A stretch of DNA of 64,000 bases from Nitrospirota bacterium (GTDB lineage: Bacteria; Nitrospirota; Nitrospiria; Nitrospirales; NS-4). The stretch spans positions 96,001 to 160,000 of the forward strand of contig CAWBGA010000017.1 of NCBI GenBank assembly GCA_963788195.1, written 5' to 3'. Shown piece after piece: positions 42,914 through 52,825 of the stretch. The notes beneath the pieces were generated by a model. That model did not search any database. It saw only the letters and a list, made by a program, of their open reading frames with translations, and was not told the origin of the DNA. Every line of letters starts with the position of its first letter. The stretch's first letter is position 1. The translations under genes were made by a program, and so were the position numbers.

Positions 42914-42942
42914 AGTCTACGGAGCGCTTTAGGACCTGTCAA
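42914..42942 (-). promoter_or_regulatory. sigma70-type promoter
   Basis: TTGACA-N17-TAGACT upstream of the cNMP-binding gene. Confidence 0.6.
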
Positions 42943-43048
42943 GTAAGCCGGCGTTCGATAAAAAACGCAGTGTATCAACCAGAGCTACAGGCAAATAGGT
43001 CTTAGGCGTCAGGCTGAAGGTAACCGAGTTGTATGTGTGTTCTTTGGA

Positions 43049-43192
43049 TTACGGTAACGGTAGGAGCAGCGTTTTTACGACAGCGGCCGACAGACTCTTT
43101 TCAAATAAAACGGCATATGCCCCGCCGAATAACAAACTAATCATGAACATCGTCCAGAGGAAGCCAAACCTTGCAATGCTATTGCCCATCAT
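43049..43192 (-). CDS. small membrane protein (47 aa)
   Basis: AGAGGG RBS before MMGNSIARFGFLWTMFMISLLFGGAYAVLF; one TM helix. Confidence 0.5.
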   Translation of the reverse strand: MMGNSIARFGFLWTMFMISLLFGGAYAVLFEKSLSAAVVKTLLLPLP

Positions 43193-43293
43193 CCGACAAC
43201 CCTCTGTTTCTTGCGTTATGGTAAGTCCAATGACGCTGCCCAGCCATAGATCAAAGGGGGGGGAGTATGGCTCTTCCGAAGATCGCGTACCAA

Positions 43294-43632
43294 GGGGAAG
43301 AGGCGTTTGGCAAACTCCAGGCCACGGGAAAACGACGTCGTCTTGGCGAAGTCGGGGGTGGGCTGGGTGAAATGGAGGGTGCAAAGGGGCAGAAGGAGTT
43401 TGCCCGGGGCACCTCTTGCCTTCACTTGCAAGGGGTCGAAATGACTCCAGGCCACGGGAAAAGGACGCGCCCCCCGGGAGAGGAGGCTACTTCAGGCTCG
43501 GAGGCGGGCTGGGTGCAATGGCCGTCCGGGCGGGAGGGGTGTCACGGGACAAGGCGCTGTCTTGGCAGCGCCGGGGTGGGAGGGTGTCACGGGACAAGGC
43601 GCTGTCTTGGCAGCGCCGGGGTGGGAGGGTGG
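43294..43632 (-). repeat. cluster C of the variable-stem repeat family, including a 45-bp tandem duplication and the composite module
   Basis: Loops GTCTTGGC at 43340, 43559 and 43604; stems CGACTTC/GACGTCG (1 mismatch) and GGCGCT/AGCGCC x2. Confidence 0.9.
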
Positions 43633-43694
43633 TATGGAGGTGCAAAGGGGTGAACGGCTCTTCCAGCCGTTGAAGCCTCCGCTATAAAACTCGA

Positions 43695-44156
43695 TCAAAA
43701 GCTGAAGGTCAGGCTGAATACGCCCAGGAATTGTTGGGTGTTCTGGGCCCCGAAACCAAACAGGCTATTGAGAGGAATACCGGCGCCGCCTGACGCATCG
43801 CCGTACGGGCTCTGCATAGAGTAGATCCGTTCGACGGAGGCGGTCATTTGCATAGCGAACCGGCTTGTGAATTGAAAGCGCAACGGCACTTTAACATCAT
43901 AGTAATGACGCATTGGGTAACGAAGTTCATCCCCTCCTTGAATCCGCATCACCTTGTCGATATACGGAATTCGAATCAAGACTTCAGGGACCACTCCATC
44001 ATAGTTGAAACGAATATAGGAGCCATCGAGCAAGAGGTTGTTATAGCCCTGATCGGCAAACGCGTCTGTGACCGACAGGATCAGGACCAGCAGAGCGAGG
44101 ATACAGAAGCTAGAGAGGCGCATAGCAGCAGGCTCACGAGACATACTATATCGCAC
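43695..44156 (-). CDS. secreted hypothetical protein
   Basis: Signal peptide ending AFA; C-terminus FLGVFSLTFSF. Confidence 0.7.
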   Translation of the reverse strand: MRYSMSREPAAMRLSSFCILALLVLILSVTDAFADQGYNNLLLDGSYIRFNYDGVVPEVLIRIPYIDKVMRIQGGDELRYPMRHYYDVKVPLRFQFTSRFAMQMTASVERIYSMQSPYGDASGGAGIPLNSLFGFGAQNTQQFLGVFSLTFSF

Positions 44157-44432
44157 CTAGGTTTATTTTAGTCATTTCGCCTCATGATTGCTACTGTTAT
44201 TTTAGCACGAATAGTTTATTAAAATTACTAATGTAGATGTATTAACTTAGTTCATATACCCTAACAGTTACGATATACAATATATCGATTTTCTTTTAGT
44301 TTTCATTGACATCTGTGTGACTGTTCTAGTCCTGACCTTCGCCGATGCCGCCGGGAAGAAAGGCTGGATGGGACGAGTAAGAGGTCACTAGATCCTCGCT
44401 CAATCGAGACATGCTCGCCCGCATTATTCAGA

Positions 44433-45707
44433 TCATCGAGCGAGAGTGCGAAGTGCCTCCACAACTTCCGCCACCTCTTCGATGGTATTGTAGTGGACAA
44501 GTCCTATCCTGAGCATCCCGCCCAACGTTTCAACCCCCAGGCGCTCAGACAGATTAATGGCGTAGTAATTTCCCGCCCAGGTAAACATGCCTTGATCCGA
44601 AAGAAGCCTCGCCAGATCCTGAGGCGAGTGTGTTGCTAACCGGACCGCGACAGTCGGTGTGCGCCAGTGAAAGCGATCCGGTTCGGTTACGCCGTAGAAA
44701 GTCAAACCGGGAATCGCCTGCAAATCTTCAATTAAGGGCACAACCAGGGTTCGCTCGTATCTCCTGATCGCTTCCATCGCAGACACGAGCGCGGCACGTC
44801 GTGCCATTGTTTCCGACGCACCGATATTTGAGGCCACGCGACGGCCCAACTCCACGAGATATTCGATTGCCGCCGTCACCCCTGCCAGCCCTTCGTGATT
44901 TTGCGTGCCCGTCTCCCATCGCTCCGGAGGCTGCTCGGTCGCCGGCCTGACTTTATACGGCCGCAAGCGGCTCAGATGCTCGCGCTTTCCGTAGAGCACC
45001 CCCACGTGTGGCGCGAAAAACTTATACGGTGAGCACGCGAGAAAATCGCAGTCCAACGCGCGCACATCAATCGTGCCATGTGGCGCAAAATGCACGGCAT
45101 CAACGAACACCAGCGCGCCCGCCGCGTGGCCCAGACGGACAATGCTCGCCACGTCATTGATCGTTCCGACAGCGTTCGAAGCGTAGCACACAGCCACGAG
45201 ACGCGTTCGATCGTTGAGCTGCCGGCGAAAGTCTTCCATGTCCAGCGTACAGTCCTTGACATCAATGTCCACATGTCGAATCGTAACCCCTTGCTCTTCT
45301 AACGCCGACCACGGCGCGATATTGGCGTCATGATCCAGGCGAGTGAGAACAATCTCATCTCCCGGCCGAAATTCCCGTCCAAGCGAGCGGCTTAACGCAA
45401 ACGTCATCGTCGTCATGTTCTGCCCGAAGACAATCTCATCTGCCTCGCAGCCAAGAAAATCAGCCATTGCTGCTCGCGCCTTGGCAATAGTGGCATCGGT
45501 ACGATGGCTCGTAGGAAAGCTGCCATGGCTGTTGGCATTTGACCGGGCGAGGTAGTCTGCGACAGCATCGATCACGCGTTGCGGCACCTGTGTTCCACCT
45601 GGGCTATCCAGGTATATAGCGGGTCGTCCCTGTAGGTCCTGTTGGAGGGCCGGAAACTGCTGTCGAATCCAACCAAGGTGGGTAGAAAAATCCTCGGGCG
45701 CCATCAA
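44433..45707 (-). CDS. cysteine-desulfurase-like PLP enzyme (VC1184-type subfamily)
   Basis: YLDSPGGTQVP, LDHDANIAPW, VDAVH, CSPYKF, ETGT, RIGLVHYNT. Confidence 0.9.
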   Translation of the reverse strand: MMAPEDFSTHLGWIRQQFPALQQDLQGRPAIYLDSPGGTQVPQRVIDAVADYLARSNANSHGSFPTSHRTDATIAKARAAMADFLGCEADEIVFGQNMTTMTFALSRSLGREFRPGDEIVLTRLDHDANIAPWSALEEQGVTIRHVDIDVKDCTLDMEDFRRQLNDRTRLVAVCYASNAVGTINDVASIVRLGHAAGALVFVDAVHFAPHGTIDVRALDCDFLACSPYKFFAPHVGVLYGKREHLSRLRPYKVRPATEQPPERWETGTQNHEGLAGVTAAIEYLVELGRRVASNIGASETMARRAALVSAMEAIRRYERTLVVPLIEDLQAIPGLTFYGVTEPDRFHWRTPTVAVRLATHSPQDLARLLSDQGMFTWAGNYYAINLSERLGVETLGGMLRIGLVHYNTIEEVAEVVEALRTLAR

Positions 45708-45883
45708 CTCACTCCTTTCAAAAAGTTACAAAGACTTCTCATGATAGATGAGACGTTGGAGATTCTGCTTAGCATACTGAAAAGTGACGCCAGATTCTTC
45801 TTCAGCATATCGAAATCGCCGTGCCCCAGCGATTGACGTAGCACTTGATGTTATAATCAACGCACCTTCTATTCGGGTCTTTC

Positions 45884-46840
45884 ATGGTTCGTCGCCTGGT
45901 AGTTATTATATTGATGATTGCGGCAAGCTTCACGGCGATCATCACCTATGCGCCCTTTGCGACCCCCATTGCCACTCCGTCAAAGCCACAAGAATGGCGG
46001 ATCCTCGATACAAGCACGGGAGACTCGATAGCCTTTGATGAGTTTGCCTCACGTCTTGCTGTCACGGACGTCATCTATCTTGGTGAGCAGCATCGCAATC
46101 AGGCTCATATCGACGCAGCCATCATCATTCTGGAGGTTCTCCAGCAGCGCCAGCGTCTTCCCATTCTGGGCCTTGAGATGTTCTCCTGGGACGGGCAAGT
46201 GGCCTTGGATCGATATCTTTTGGACACCGCTCCAGCCAAGATGCAGTTTCTCCAGGATGCGCGATGGCAGGAGAACTGGGGCGGGGTCTATGAAGAATAC
46301 GAACCTTTGGTCGAGAGTGCCAGGCGACACCATCTGCCAATCATTGCCCTGAATCCCCCCAGGCCGCTCGTCCGAAAGATCGCCAAGGAGGGACTGCGGC
46401 CAGAGGCTCTCGACGCCGAAATGGGCCGTTGGGGCATGCGGGGCGAAAAGTTTGTACAGGATGCCGCGTACCAAGACACAATTTTAGAACAACTACGGGC
46501 ATGCCATCGGGGACTCCCTTCCAACGCCTATCAACGGATGTATGAAGCCTCCCTGTTTCGTGATGAGGGCATGGCAAAAACTATTTCAGATGCCGCGGAG
46601 CGCTTGCCGAAAGCCGGCCCCATCGTCAGTTATACGGGCGCGGGGCACATCCAATACCGGTTACCCATCCCAAACCGAGTCGCCCGAAGACGCCCGGAGC
46701 TTCGACAAATCACTGTGTACCTCGTTGCTGTAAACCCCGCTGAGGTCGAGGACCTTGACCTGCTGCTCAAGCCGGCCATCGCTGATTATCTGTGGCTCAC
46801 TCCGCCAAGTCAGCACGGCCCCCCAGTGCGATGTTCCTAG
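45884..46840 (+). CDS. ChaN/PhuW-family (haem-binding uptake) protein
   Basis: DVIYLGEQH, LGLEMF, RDEGMA, GAGH, ADYLW. Confidence 0.85.
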   Translation: MVRRLVVIILMIAASFTAIITYAPFATPIATPSKPQEWRILDTSTGDSIAFDEFASRLAVTDVIYLGEQHRNQAHIDAAIIILEVLQQRQRLPILGLEMFSWDGQVALDRYLLDTAPAKMQFLQDARWQENWGGVYEEYEPLVESARRHHLPIIALNPPRPLVRKIAKEGLRPEALDAEMGRWGMRGEKFVQDAAYQDTILEQLRACHRGLPSNAYQRMYEASLFRDEGMAKTISDAAERLPKAGPIVSYTGAGHIQYRLPIPNRVARRRPELRQITVYLVAVNPAEVEDLDLLLKPAIADYLWLTPPSQHGPPVRCS

Positions 46841-48324
46841 AACACGATTGTATATTGCAAGCGTGCGCGATTCTCGATCAGTGAGACCGCGCCCGTTCCG
46901 GTGTCTGCGGCACTCAACCGCGTCGTGATCACGCCGTAGTCGAACTGCAACTTGTGCTCATGGCCGCTTAGATACCAGTTGATACCGCCAACCCCGGACG
47001 TGATCGTATCTTCTGACCGCACGGTGTCCGGATCCATGTAACTGTACCGGCCCACGACTTCAATTGTCCGCGGAACCAGGAAATACCCTCCTTGGACATA
47101 GAAGCCGCTTGCATTCCCGATCCGCTTCGAATGGTCCCGGGTATCGATGTTACGAACAAATCCTTCCGCCTGCAGCGACAGCCCTTTGTACTTGAAGACC
47201 GCATCAATTCCGGTGGTCCCTATATTGACGACGCCTTGGTTCAGCAAGCGGCCGTTGCCTAAAGAAGCAAGGGCCGTCGAGATCTGATTATTGCTGCCGG
47301 CACCCGTGGTATTGGTCTGCAAGCCCGCGTTGTACCCGTGACTTGCTCCCACGCCAAATTGTGGCGTGGCCGAAAACGTCAGGTCACCTTCGGGATAGCC
47401 GGGCCTTCCTAACAGGTCTGCCGTCACACGTCCGACATACATGAATTCGTTGGCATTGCTTGGGGTACTGAGGCCTAGCCGGGTTAAATTGATGCCGACG
47501 CCATTGAACACGCCGATGTTGTAGTTAAAACGGTGCCTAGCCGGGTCGCTGAACAAGGTGACGCCTTGGTCGCGACGATCGAGGGCATTCGGTACGAATG
47601 CTTCGGCGACAAAACCACGATCCACAAACTGCAACAGCGCGGAGGACACAAATTCCTGCCGCCCATAGTGGGTGCGGTACTGCCCGACTTTCAGGTTGGC
47701 CCACGAGAGCTGCCCCAATGCCACGTATGCATCGTACAGTTGGGTAGTCGATCGCGACGTGCTGGGCTGCGTCGTCGAACCGTTCGTATCGTTCCTCAAT
47801 TGGACGAAATAGGTAATGTCCGGAGAGAACGCGAACCCTTCGAAGACGAGCCTGGCACGACGCACATCCAGTTCGGCGATGTCTTCGGCGTGGCGGAGCG
47901 CAGTAATTGTGCCGGCACCGGAGACAATCGGAAAGTTCTTGGTGTCTCCGACCGTATTGTAATTGGCATTGAAGGCGCTGTCGGTGAATCGAAATTGGGC
48001 CCGAATGCGGATCTTCAGGCGAAACTTGTCTTTGAACTGCGTATACAGTCCACGGTCGTACCCAAATTTGATGCCCTTTCCAAGCTCCACGGTAGTATCG
48101 GAATCAGATGCCGCCGCCGTGGCTTCAGGTTTTGGCGCCGACGGAGCGATTGAAGAACCCGGGCTTGGCGTTTCGGTTTCCCGCCGAGCCTGCTCGTACT
48201 CTTCCCGAGTGATGACTCCCTTCTTCAAGAGCAACTCCAGAGCCGGATCGCTCGCGCCGAAGCCGACACCGTAAAAATTGCCCCACAGTAAAAGAGCGCC
48301 GGCTAATAGCCATCTCGCTTTCAT
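46837..48324 (-). CDS. OprO/OprP-like anion-selective porin
   Basis: Signal peptide; LLKKGVITREEY; DVRRARL; LKVGQY; GINWYLSGHEHKLQFDY; terminal Phe. Confidence 0.82.
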   Translation of the reverse strand: MKARWLLAGALLLWGNFYGVGFGASDPALELLLKKGVITREEYEQARRETETPSPGSSIAPSAPKPEATAAASDSDTTVELGKGIKFGYDRGLYTQFKDKFRLKIRIRAQFRFTDSAFNANYNTVGDTKNFPIVSGAGTITALRHAEDIAELDVRRARLVFEGFAFSPDITYFVQLRNDTNGSTTQPSTSRSTTQLYDAYVALGQLSWANLKVGQYRTHYGRQEFVSSALLQFVDRGFVAEAFVPNALDRRDQGVTLFSDPARHRFNYNIGVFNGVGINLTRLGLSTPSNANEFMYVGRVTADLLGRPGYPEGDLTFSATPQFGVGASHGYNAGLQTNTTGAGSNNQISTALASLGNGRLLNQGVVNIGTTGIDAVFKYKGLSLQAEGFVRNIDTRDHSKRIGNASGFYVQGGYFLVPRTIEVVGRYSYMDPDTVRSEDTITSGVGGINWYLSGHEHKLQFDYGVITTRLSAADTGTGAVSLIENRARLQYTIVF

Positions 48325-48400
48325 GCTGTCCTCCTTTTAATTATATTGTTGATTAACATACTAAACTTTAGGTCCAAAAAAAGGCGCTCCGATCCGCCTT

Positions 48401-49492
48401 CTACTCTGAGCGTGTCGCACCGAGTGCCGCCCCGTCCGGCAAAATCCTGAACTGGACGACCGCGAAAGAGATTTCTTGTCCCGTCTCATAGCGCCGCTCG
48501 GAATACTCCTCCTTGTTGAGACGCGAGCGCAGAATGAGGCCGTCCGCGCATTCGATTTCAACCCTATAGGCGACGCCGAGAAAGTACACGTGCTTGATGA
48601 CCGCGCGCAGCCGATAATACGACGGGTCGGCGGAAAGCTTGACGGCATAGGGGCGAAATCCGATAAGGATTTTAGTTCCGTCGGGGACTTCCGGCGCCGG
48701 AAACTCCAACGGACCCGCCCATGCCTTTCCGGTTTTCACTTCGGCCTCCACGATATTCATCACTCCGATGAAGCGTGCTACGAATTCCGTGGCCGGCTCC
48801 TCATACACCTGAGAGGGCATTCCCACCTGCTCAATCCGACCCTGATTCAGGACGATGATACGGTCTGAGACTTCCATCGCCTCTTCCTGGTCATGAGTGA
48901 CAAAAACGCTTGTCACATTCAATTCATCGTGCAGACGAATGAGCCATTCGCGCAGTTCCTGTCGAACCTTGGCGTCCACCGCCCCAAAGGGCTCATCGAG
49001 CAGCAGCAGGCTGGGTCTCGGCGCCAGGGCCCGGGCAATTGCGACGCGCTGACGTTGACCTCCTGACAGTTGATGCGGGTATCGACGCTCAAGCCCTTCA
49101 AGGCTGAGCAACCTCAGGAGTTCATCGACACGTGCGCGAATGTCTTCCCTTCGCCATTTCTTGACCTTTAGGCCGAAGGCGATGTTCTGAAACAACGTCA
49201 TATGCTTGAACAACGCATAGTGCTGGAAGACAAACCCGATGTTTCGCTCCTGCACCGGGAGATCGTTGACCCGCACGCCATCGATATAAATCTCTCCGGA
49301 CGTCGGTGTCTCGAGCCCCGCGATGATCCTGAGCACCGTCGTCTTCCCACTCCCGCTGGGACCCAACAGGCCAAGCAGCTCTCCTTCCCGGACGGACAAG
49401 CTGACCCGGTCCACTGCCGAGACAGCTCCGAAGCGCTTGCACAGTTCCCGTACCTCCAGCTTCCCGCTCTTCGTCATCGAATGCATTGCCAC
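48401..49492 (-). CDS. cysA: sulfate ABC transporter ATPase
   Basis: GPSGSGKT, VFQHYALF, LSGGQRQR, DEPFGA; TOBE tail. Confidence 0.92.
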   Translation of the reverse strand: MAMHSMTKSGKLEVRELCKRFGAVSAVDRVSLSVREGELLGLLGPSGSGKTTVLRIIAGLETPTSGEIYIDGVRVNDLPVQERNIGFVFQHYALFKHMTLFQNIAFGLKVKKWRREDIRARVDELLRLLSLEGLERRYPHQLSGGQRQRVAIARALAPRPSLLLLDEPFGAVDAKVRQELREWLIRLHDELNVTSVFVTHDQEEAMEVSDRIIVLNQGRIEQVGMPSQVYEEPATEFVARFIGVMNIVEAEVKTGKAWAGPLEFPAPEVPDGTKILIGFRPYAVKLSADPSYYRLRAVIKHVYFLGVAYRVEIECADGLILRSRLNKEEYSERRYETGQEISFAVVQFRILPDGAALGATRSE

Positions 49493-50347
49493 TTAGTGCG
49501 TCGTGACGACAAGGGGCTTGGTCGCTACCGTCCGGCCCGTCTCTGGAGCACGTTTGATCAACTCCATGGAGATCAGAATCATTAGAGAAAGCGAGGCCAT
49601 CACGAGCGCTGCGCCCGCAGCCGCAACCTCTTGGCGCTCATCCAAGGCACGAAAGATAAAGAGCGTCGCCGTCTCGGTTCGGCCGCTGATGCCCCCGCTG
49701 ACCACCAAAACAGCGCCGAATTCCCCCACAGCCCGGGCAAAAGTCAGGACAATGCCGTAGAACAATCCCCACTTGATGCCGGGCAGCGTGACACGCCAAA
49801 ACGTGGTCCATCGGCGTGCGCCGAGTGTATACGCCGCTTGCTCCTCATCCACGCCGCGCGATTGAAGTACCGGCATCAGCTCACGAATCACAAAAGGAAT
49901 CGATACGAAAATCGTGGCCAACAGCATTCCCGGCCAGTTGAAAATGATCTTGATGCCGGCGGCCTCCGCCCATGGCTCCAGCCAGCCTCCGCGGCCGAAC
50001 ACCAGGATATACATAAGACCTGCAACGACGGGCGAGACCGCGAACGGCAGGTCCACAAGTCCGTTCAGGAGTGAGCGCCCGACGAAGCGCTGCCGGACAA
50101 GGACAAAGGCAACCAGGGTTCCGAAGACCGTGCAGACCCCGACCGTCGCGATGGCGATCCAGAGCGTCATCCAGAAAGCGTGCAGGACCGTGGGCTGGGT
50201 CAATGCGAGCCAAAGCGGTCGCACACCTTGACTGAAGGCTTGAAGGACGACGGCCACGACCGGGCCCACGAGCAGGATCACGAGGTACCCGACCACCACC
50301 GTAATCAGCACTCGAGCCGTGCGTGGAAGCGGTTGCGCCATTGTCAT
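49493..50347 (-). CDS. cysW: sulfate ABC permease CysW
   Basis: DLPFAVSPVVAG, EEQAA, IKWGLFYG, GEFGAV. Confidence 0.92.
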   Translation of the reverse strand: MTMAQPLPRTARVLITVVVGYLVILLVGPVVAVVLQAFSQGVRPLWLALTQPTVLHAFWMTLWIAIATVGVCTVFGTLVAFVLVRQRFVGRSLLNGLVDLPFAVSPVVAGLMYILVFGRGGWLEPWAEAAGIKIIFNWPGMLLATIFVSIPFVIRELMPVLQSRGVDEEQAAYTLGARRWTTFWRVTLPGIKWGLFYGIVLTFARAVGEFGAVLVVSGGISGRTETATLFIFRALDERQEVAAAGAALVMASLSLMILISMELIKRAPETGRTVATKPLVVTTH

Positions 50348-51171
50348 CCGACTTGACGCCGTTCGCGTCGCTGTTGCGCCCAGTCCACGCTAAAGATCAG
50401 GAGAAAGGCGAGGGCCAAGAGCAAGACAGACATGGATGCCGCCCCACGAAGATTACCGGCTTCGATCTCGCCAAAGATGTAGACGGGGGCTGTCAGGGAC
50501 TTGCCGGGAATGTTACCCGCCACAATGACGATCGACCCGAACTCCCCCAGTGCCCGGGCGAAGCATAATAACGCCCCAGTGATAACGGACGGCATGATGG
50601 CCGGCAGCAATACTTTGAAGAATGTCAGCCCAGGACCGGCGCCCAGGGTGTAGGCGGCTTCCTCCTGGTCGGTTTCGAGATCCATCAACACGGGCTGCAC
50701 CGCTCGCACTACGAAAGGATACGTTACAAAGAGTAACGCCAGCACAATTCCGGTCGGCGCAAACATGATCTCCACGCCATGACCTTTGAGCCACGCTCCC
50801 ACCGCATGCTGGGGTCCATACAAGACCACCAACATGATGCCGGTGATCAGCGTGGGAAAAGCAAACGGCAGATCCACCACCGCATTGAGCCAAGCGTGGC
50901 CGGGAAACCGATACCGCACTAACACATAGGCCGTCAGGGTTCCCATCACGGTATTGAGAATGGTCATGAGCAGCGCTGTCCAGAGCGTTAACCAGAGCGC
51001 GGCCCTCGCGGATGGAGCATGCAGATCCTCCCAAAATCCGGCGAGGCCGTCCACGAACCCGCGGTCGACCACCGCAGCCAGAGGGATCACAATCATAAAG
51101 GACAGGAATACCATCGCAGTGGACCGCAGCCCCCACCTGCCCCACGGATTGTTGACGGGATTGTGGCTCAC
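50344..51171 (-). CDS. cysT: sulfate ABC permease CysT
   Basis: YVLVRYRFPG, DLPFAFPT, VVRAVQPVL, GEFGSI; GTG start overlaps the sbp stop. Confidence 0.92.
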   Translation of the reverse strand: MSHNPVNNPWGRWGLRSTAMVFLSFMIVIPLAAVVDRGFVDGLAGFWEDLHAPSARAALWLTLWTALLMTILNTVMGTLTAYVLVRYRFPGHAWLNAVVDLPFAFPTLITGIMLVVLYGPQHAVGAWLKGHGVEIMFAPTGIVLALLFVTYPFVVRAVQPVLMDLETDQEEAAYTLGAGPGLTFFKVLLPAIMPSVITGALLCFARALGEFGSIVIVAGNIPGKSLTAPVYIFGEIEAGNLRGAASMSVLLLALAFLLIFSVDWAQQRRERRQVG

Positions 51172-52250
51172 CGCTTTACCTCCGACACAGCGACGGTATA
51201 CATCCCTTTCGGGCCGAAAATATCTTTTGTGACTTTTTCCCATCCTCCCAGGAACTGAATCGTCCAGAGATCTTTCACAGCAGGAAATCCCCGGGCAGTC
51301 TCCTTGGCGATCGCCGGGTCCACAGAGCGCAACCCGTACCTGGCGAAGATGCGCTGAGCTTCAGGTGTACCCAGGAACTTCATGAAGCCTTCGGCAACCG
51401 GCCTGGACCCGTGCTTGTCCACCCACTTGTCAATCGCCGCGACAGGGTTTTCGATCAAGATCGTTGACGTTGGCACCACATACTCGTAGCTCTGTCCTGC
51501 CTGCCGTGCGATCAAAACCTCGTTTTCGTAGGTAATCGCGACATCGCCGATACCGCGTTCAAAGTTGGTGATGGATTCGCGGGCGCCCTTGTCCATCACC
51601 GTCACGTTTCTTAGGACGGCCTGAAGAAAATTTCTGGCCGCGTTGGCATCGCCTTTGGGCACCCCCTGCACATTGCCGCGCAGCGCTGCCCCATAAAGCC
51701 CGGTGATGTTCCACATGGCTCCCCCGCTCGTCTTCGGGTTCGGGGTTAGAATCTCCATGCCGGGCTTCGCCAAGTCGGCCCAGTCATGGATGCGTTTGGG
51801 ATTTCCAGGGCGTACCGCGAGCACGACGATGGAATGACTAATCATTCCCTTGGTCTGGTTGCTCTTCCAGTCATGCGTAATGAGACCCGCCTCCTTGATC
51901 TTGTCGACATCACCTTCGAGCGACAATGCCGCGACATCAGCTTCAAATCCAGCGACGATGGCACGGGCCTGGGCGCCGCTCCCCAAATATGACTCTTGAA
52001 ACCTCACGCTCTGCCCGGTTTGCTTCTTCCAGTACTCCTGAAAAGCCGGAATGATGGCTTTGCCGTAGGCCTCGCGCGGCGTCGTGTAGGCGCCGAGGAT
52101 CAGCGTGACCTCAGCGGCGAGGACAACTGGAACGGTGTTCAATAGAAGAATCAGAACGGCGGCTAACGCAGAAAAGAACTTTTGTGATTTGCGTGACCAG
52201 CCGTGTATGGCTTCCGAACCTCGTGCCGACAAATTAGCTGTACGTTTCAT
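51168..52250 (-). CDS. sbp: sulfate-binding periplasmic protein
   Basis: SGAQARA, PNPKTSGGA, GARES, GDVAITYENE. Start placed at MKRTAN (52250) because the longer track ORF begins inside repeat DNA. Confidence 0.9.
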   Translation of the reverse strand: MKRTANLSARGSEAIHGWSRKSQKFFSALAAVLILLLNTVPVVLAAEVTLILGAYTTPREAYGKAIIPAFQEYWKKQTGQSVRFQESYLGSGAQARAIVAGFEADVAALSLEGDVDKIKEAGLITHDWKSNQTKGMISHSIVVLAVRPGNPKRIHDWADLAKPGMEILTPNPKTSGGAMWNITGLYGAALRGNVQGVPKGDANAARNFLQAVLRNVTVMDKGARESITNFERGIGDVAITYENEVLIARQAGQSYEYVVPTSTILIENPVAAIDKWVDKHGSRPVAEGFMKFLGTPEAQRIFARYGLRSVDPAIAKETARGFPAVKDLWTIQFLGGWEKVTKDIFGPKGMYTVAVSEVKR

Positions 52251-52308
52251 GCTTGTACTCACCTTCTCCATGCCAATTGCATCGGGCCTAGCCTTGGACG
52301 GCCGTTTC

Positions 52309-52825
52309 CACCCGCCATTGCACCCGCCCACCCCGGGTCGGCCGGGACCGACCCCGTCCCCGGCGCACCCGCCCACCCCGGGTCGGCCGGGACCGACCCC
52401 GTCCCCGGCGCACCCGCCCACCCCGGCCCCGGCCATTGCACCCAACACTACACCCGGCCCTTCCCCGGACGCGTTGGTCCGCGTCCCTTTCCCGTGGCCC
52501 CGAGCCTGCTGCAGGCTCTCCTCCCGCGGGACGGGGTCCTTTTCCCGTGGACACCCGTCTTCCCCCGGAGGCTATGTCGCCCGCCCAGCCTCGCGGCGCA
52601 TTGCACCCACCATCCCTGGAGTCATTTCGACCCCTTGCAAGTGAAGGCAAGAGGTGCCCCGGACAGACTCCCTAGCCCCCAGGACGGCCGCTCTTCCGGT
52701 GGAACGCGTCCTTTTCCCGTGGCCCTTGGCCTGAAGTAGACTCTTTTCCCGTGGGACGCGTCCTTTTCCCGTGGCCGGAACTCTGCCGGGGCAAACTCTT
52801 GTCCTGTAAAACGGCCTCTCTTCCC
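52309..52825 (+). repeat. cluster D of the variable-stem repeat family (45-bp tandem units, composite module, several TTTTCCCGTGG right flanks)
   Basis: CACCCGCCCACCCC-GGGTCG-GCCGGGAC-CGACCC x2 plus a partial third copy; (T)TTTCCCGTGG recurs five times. Confidence 0.9.
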
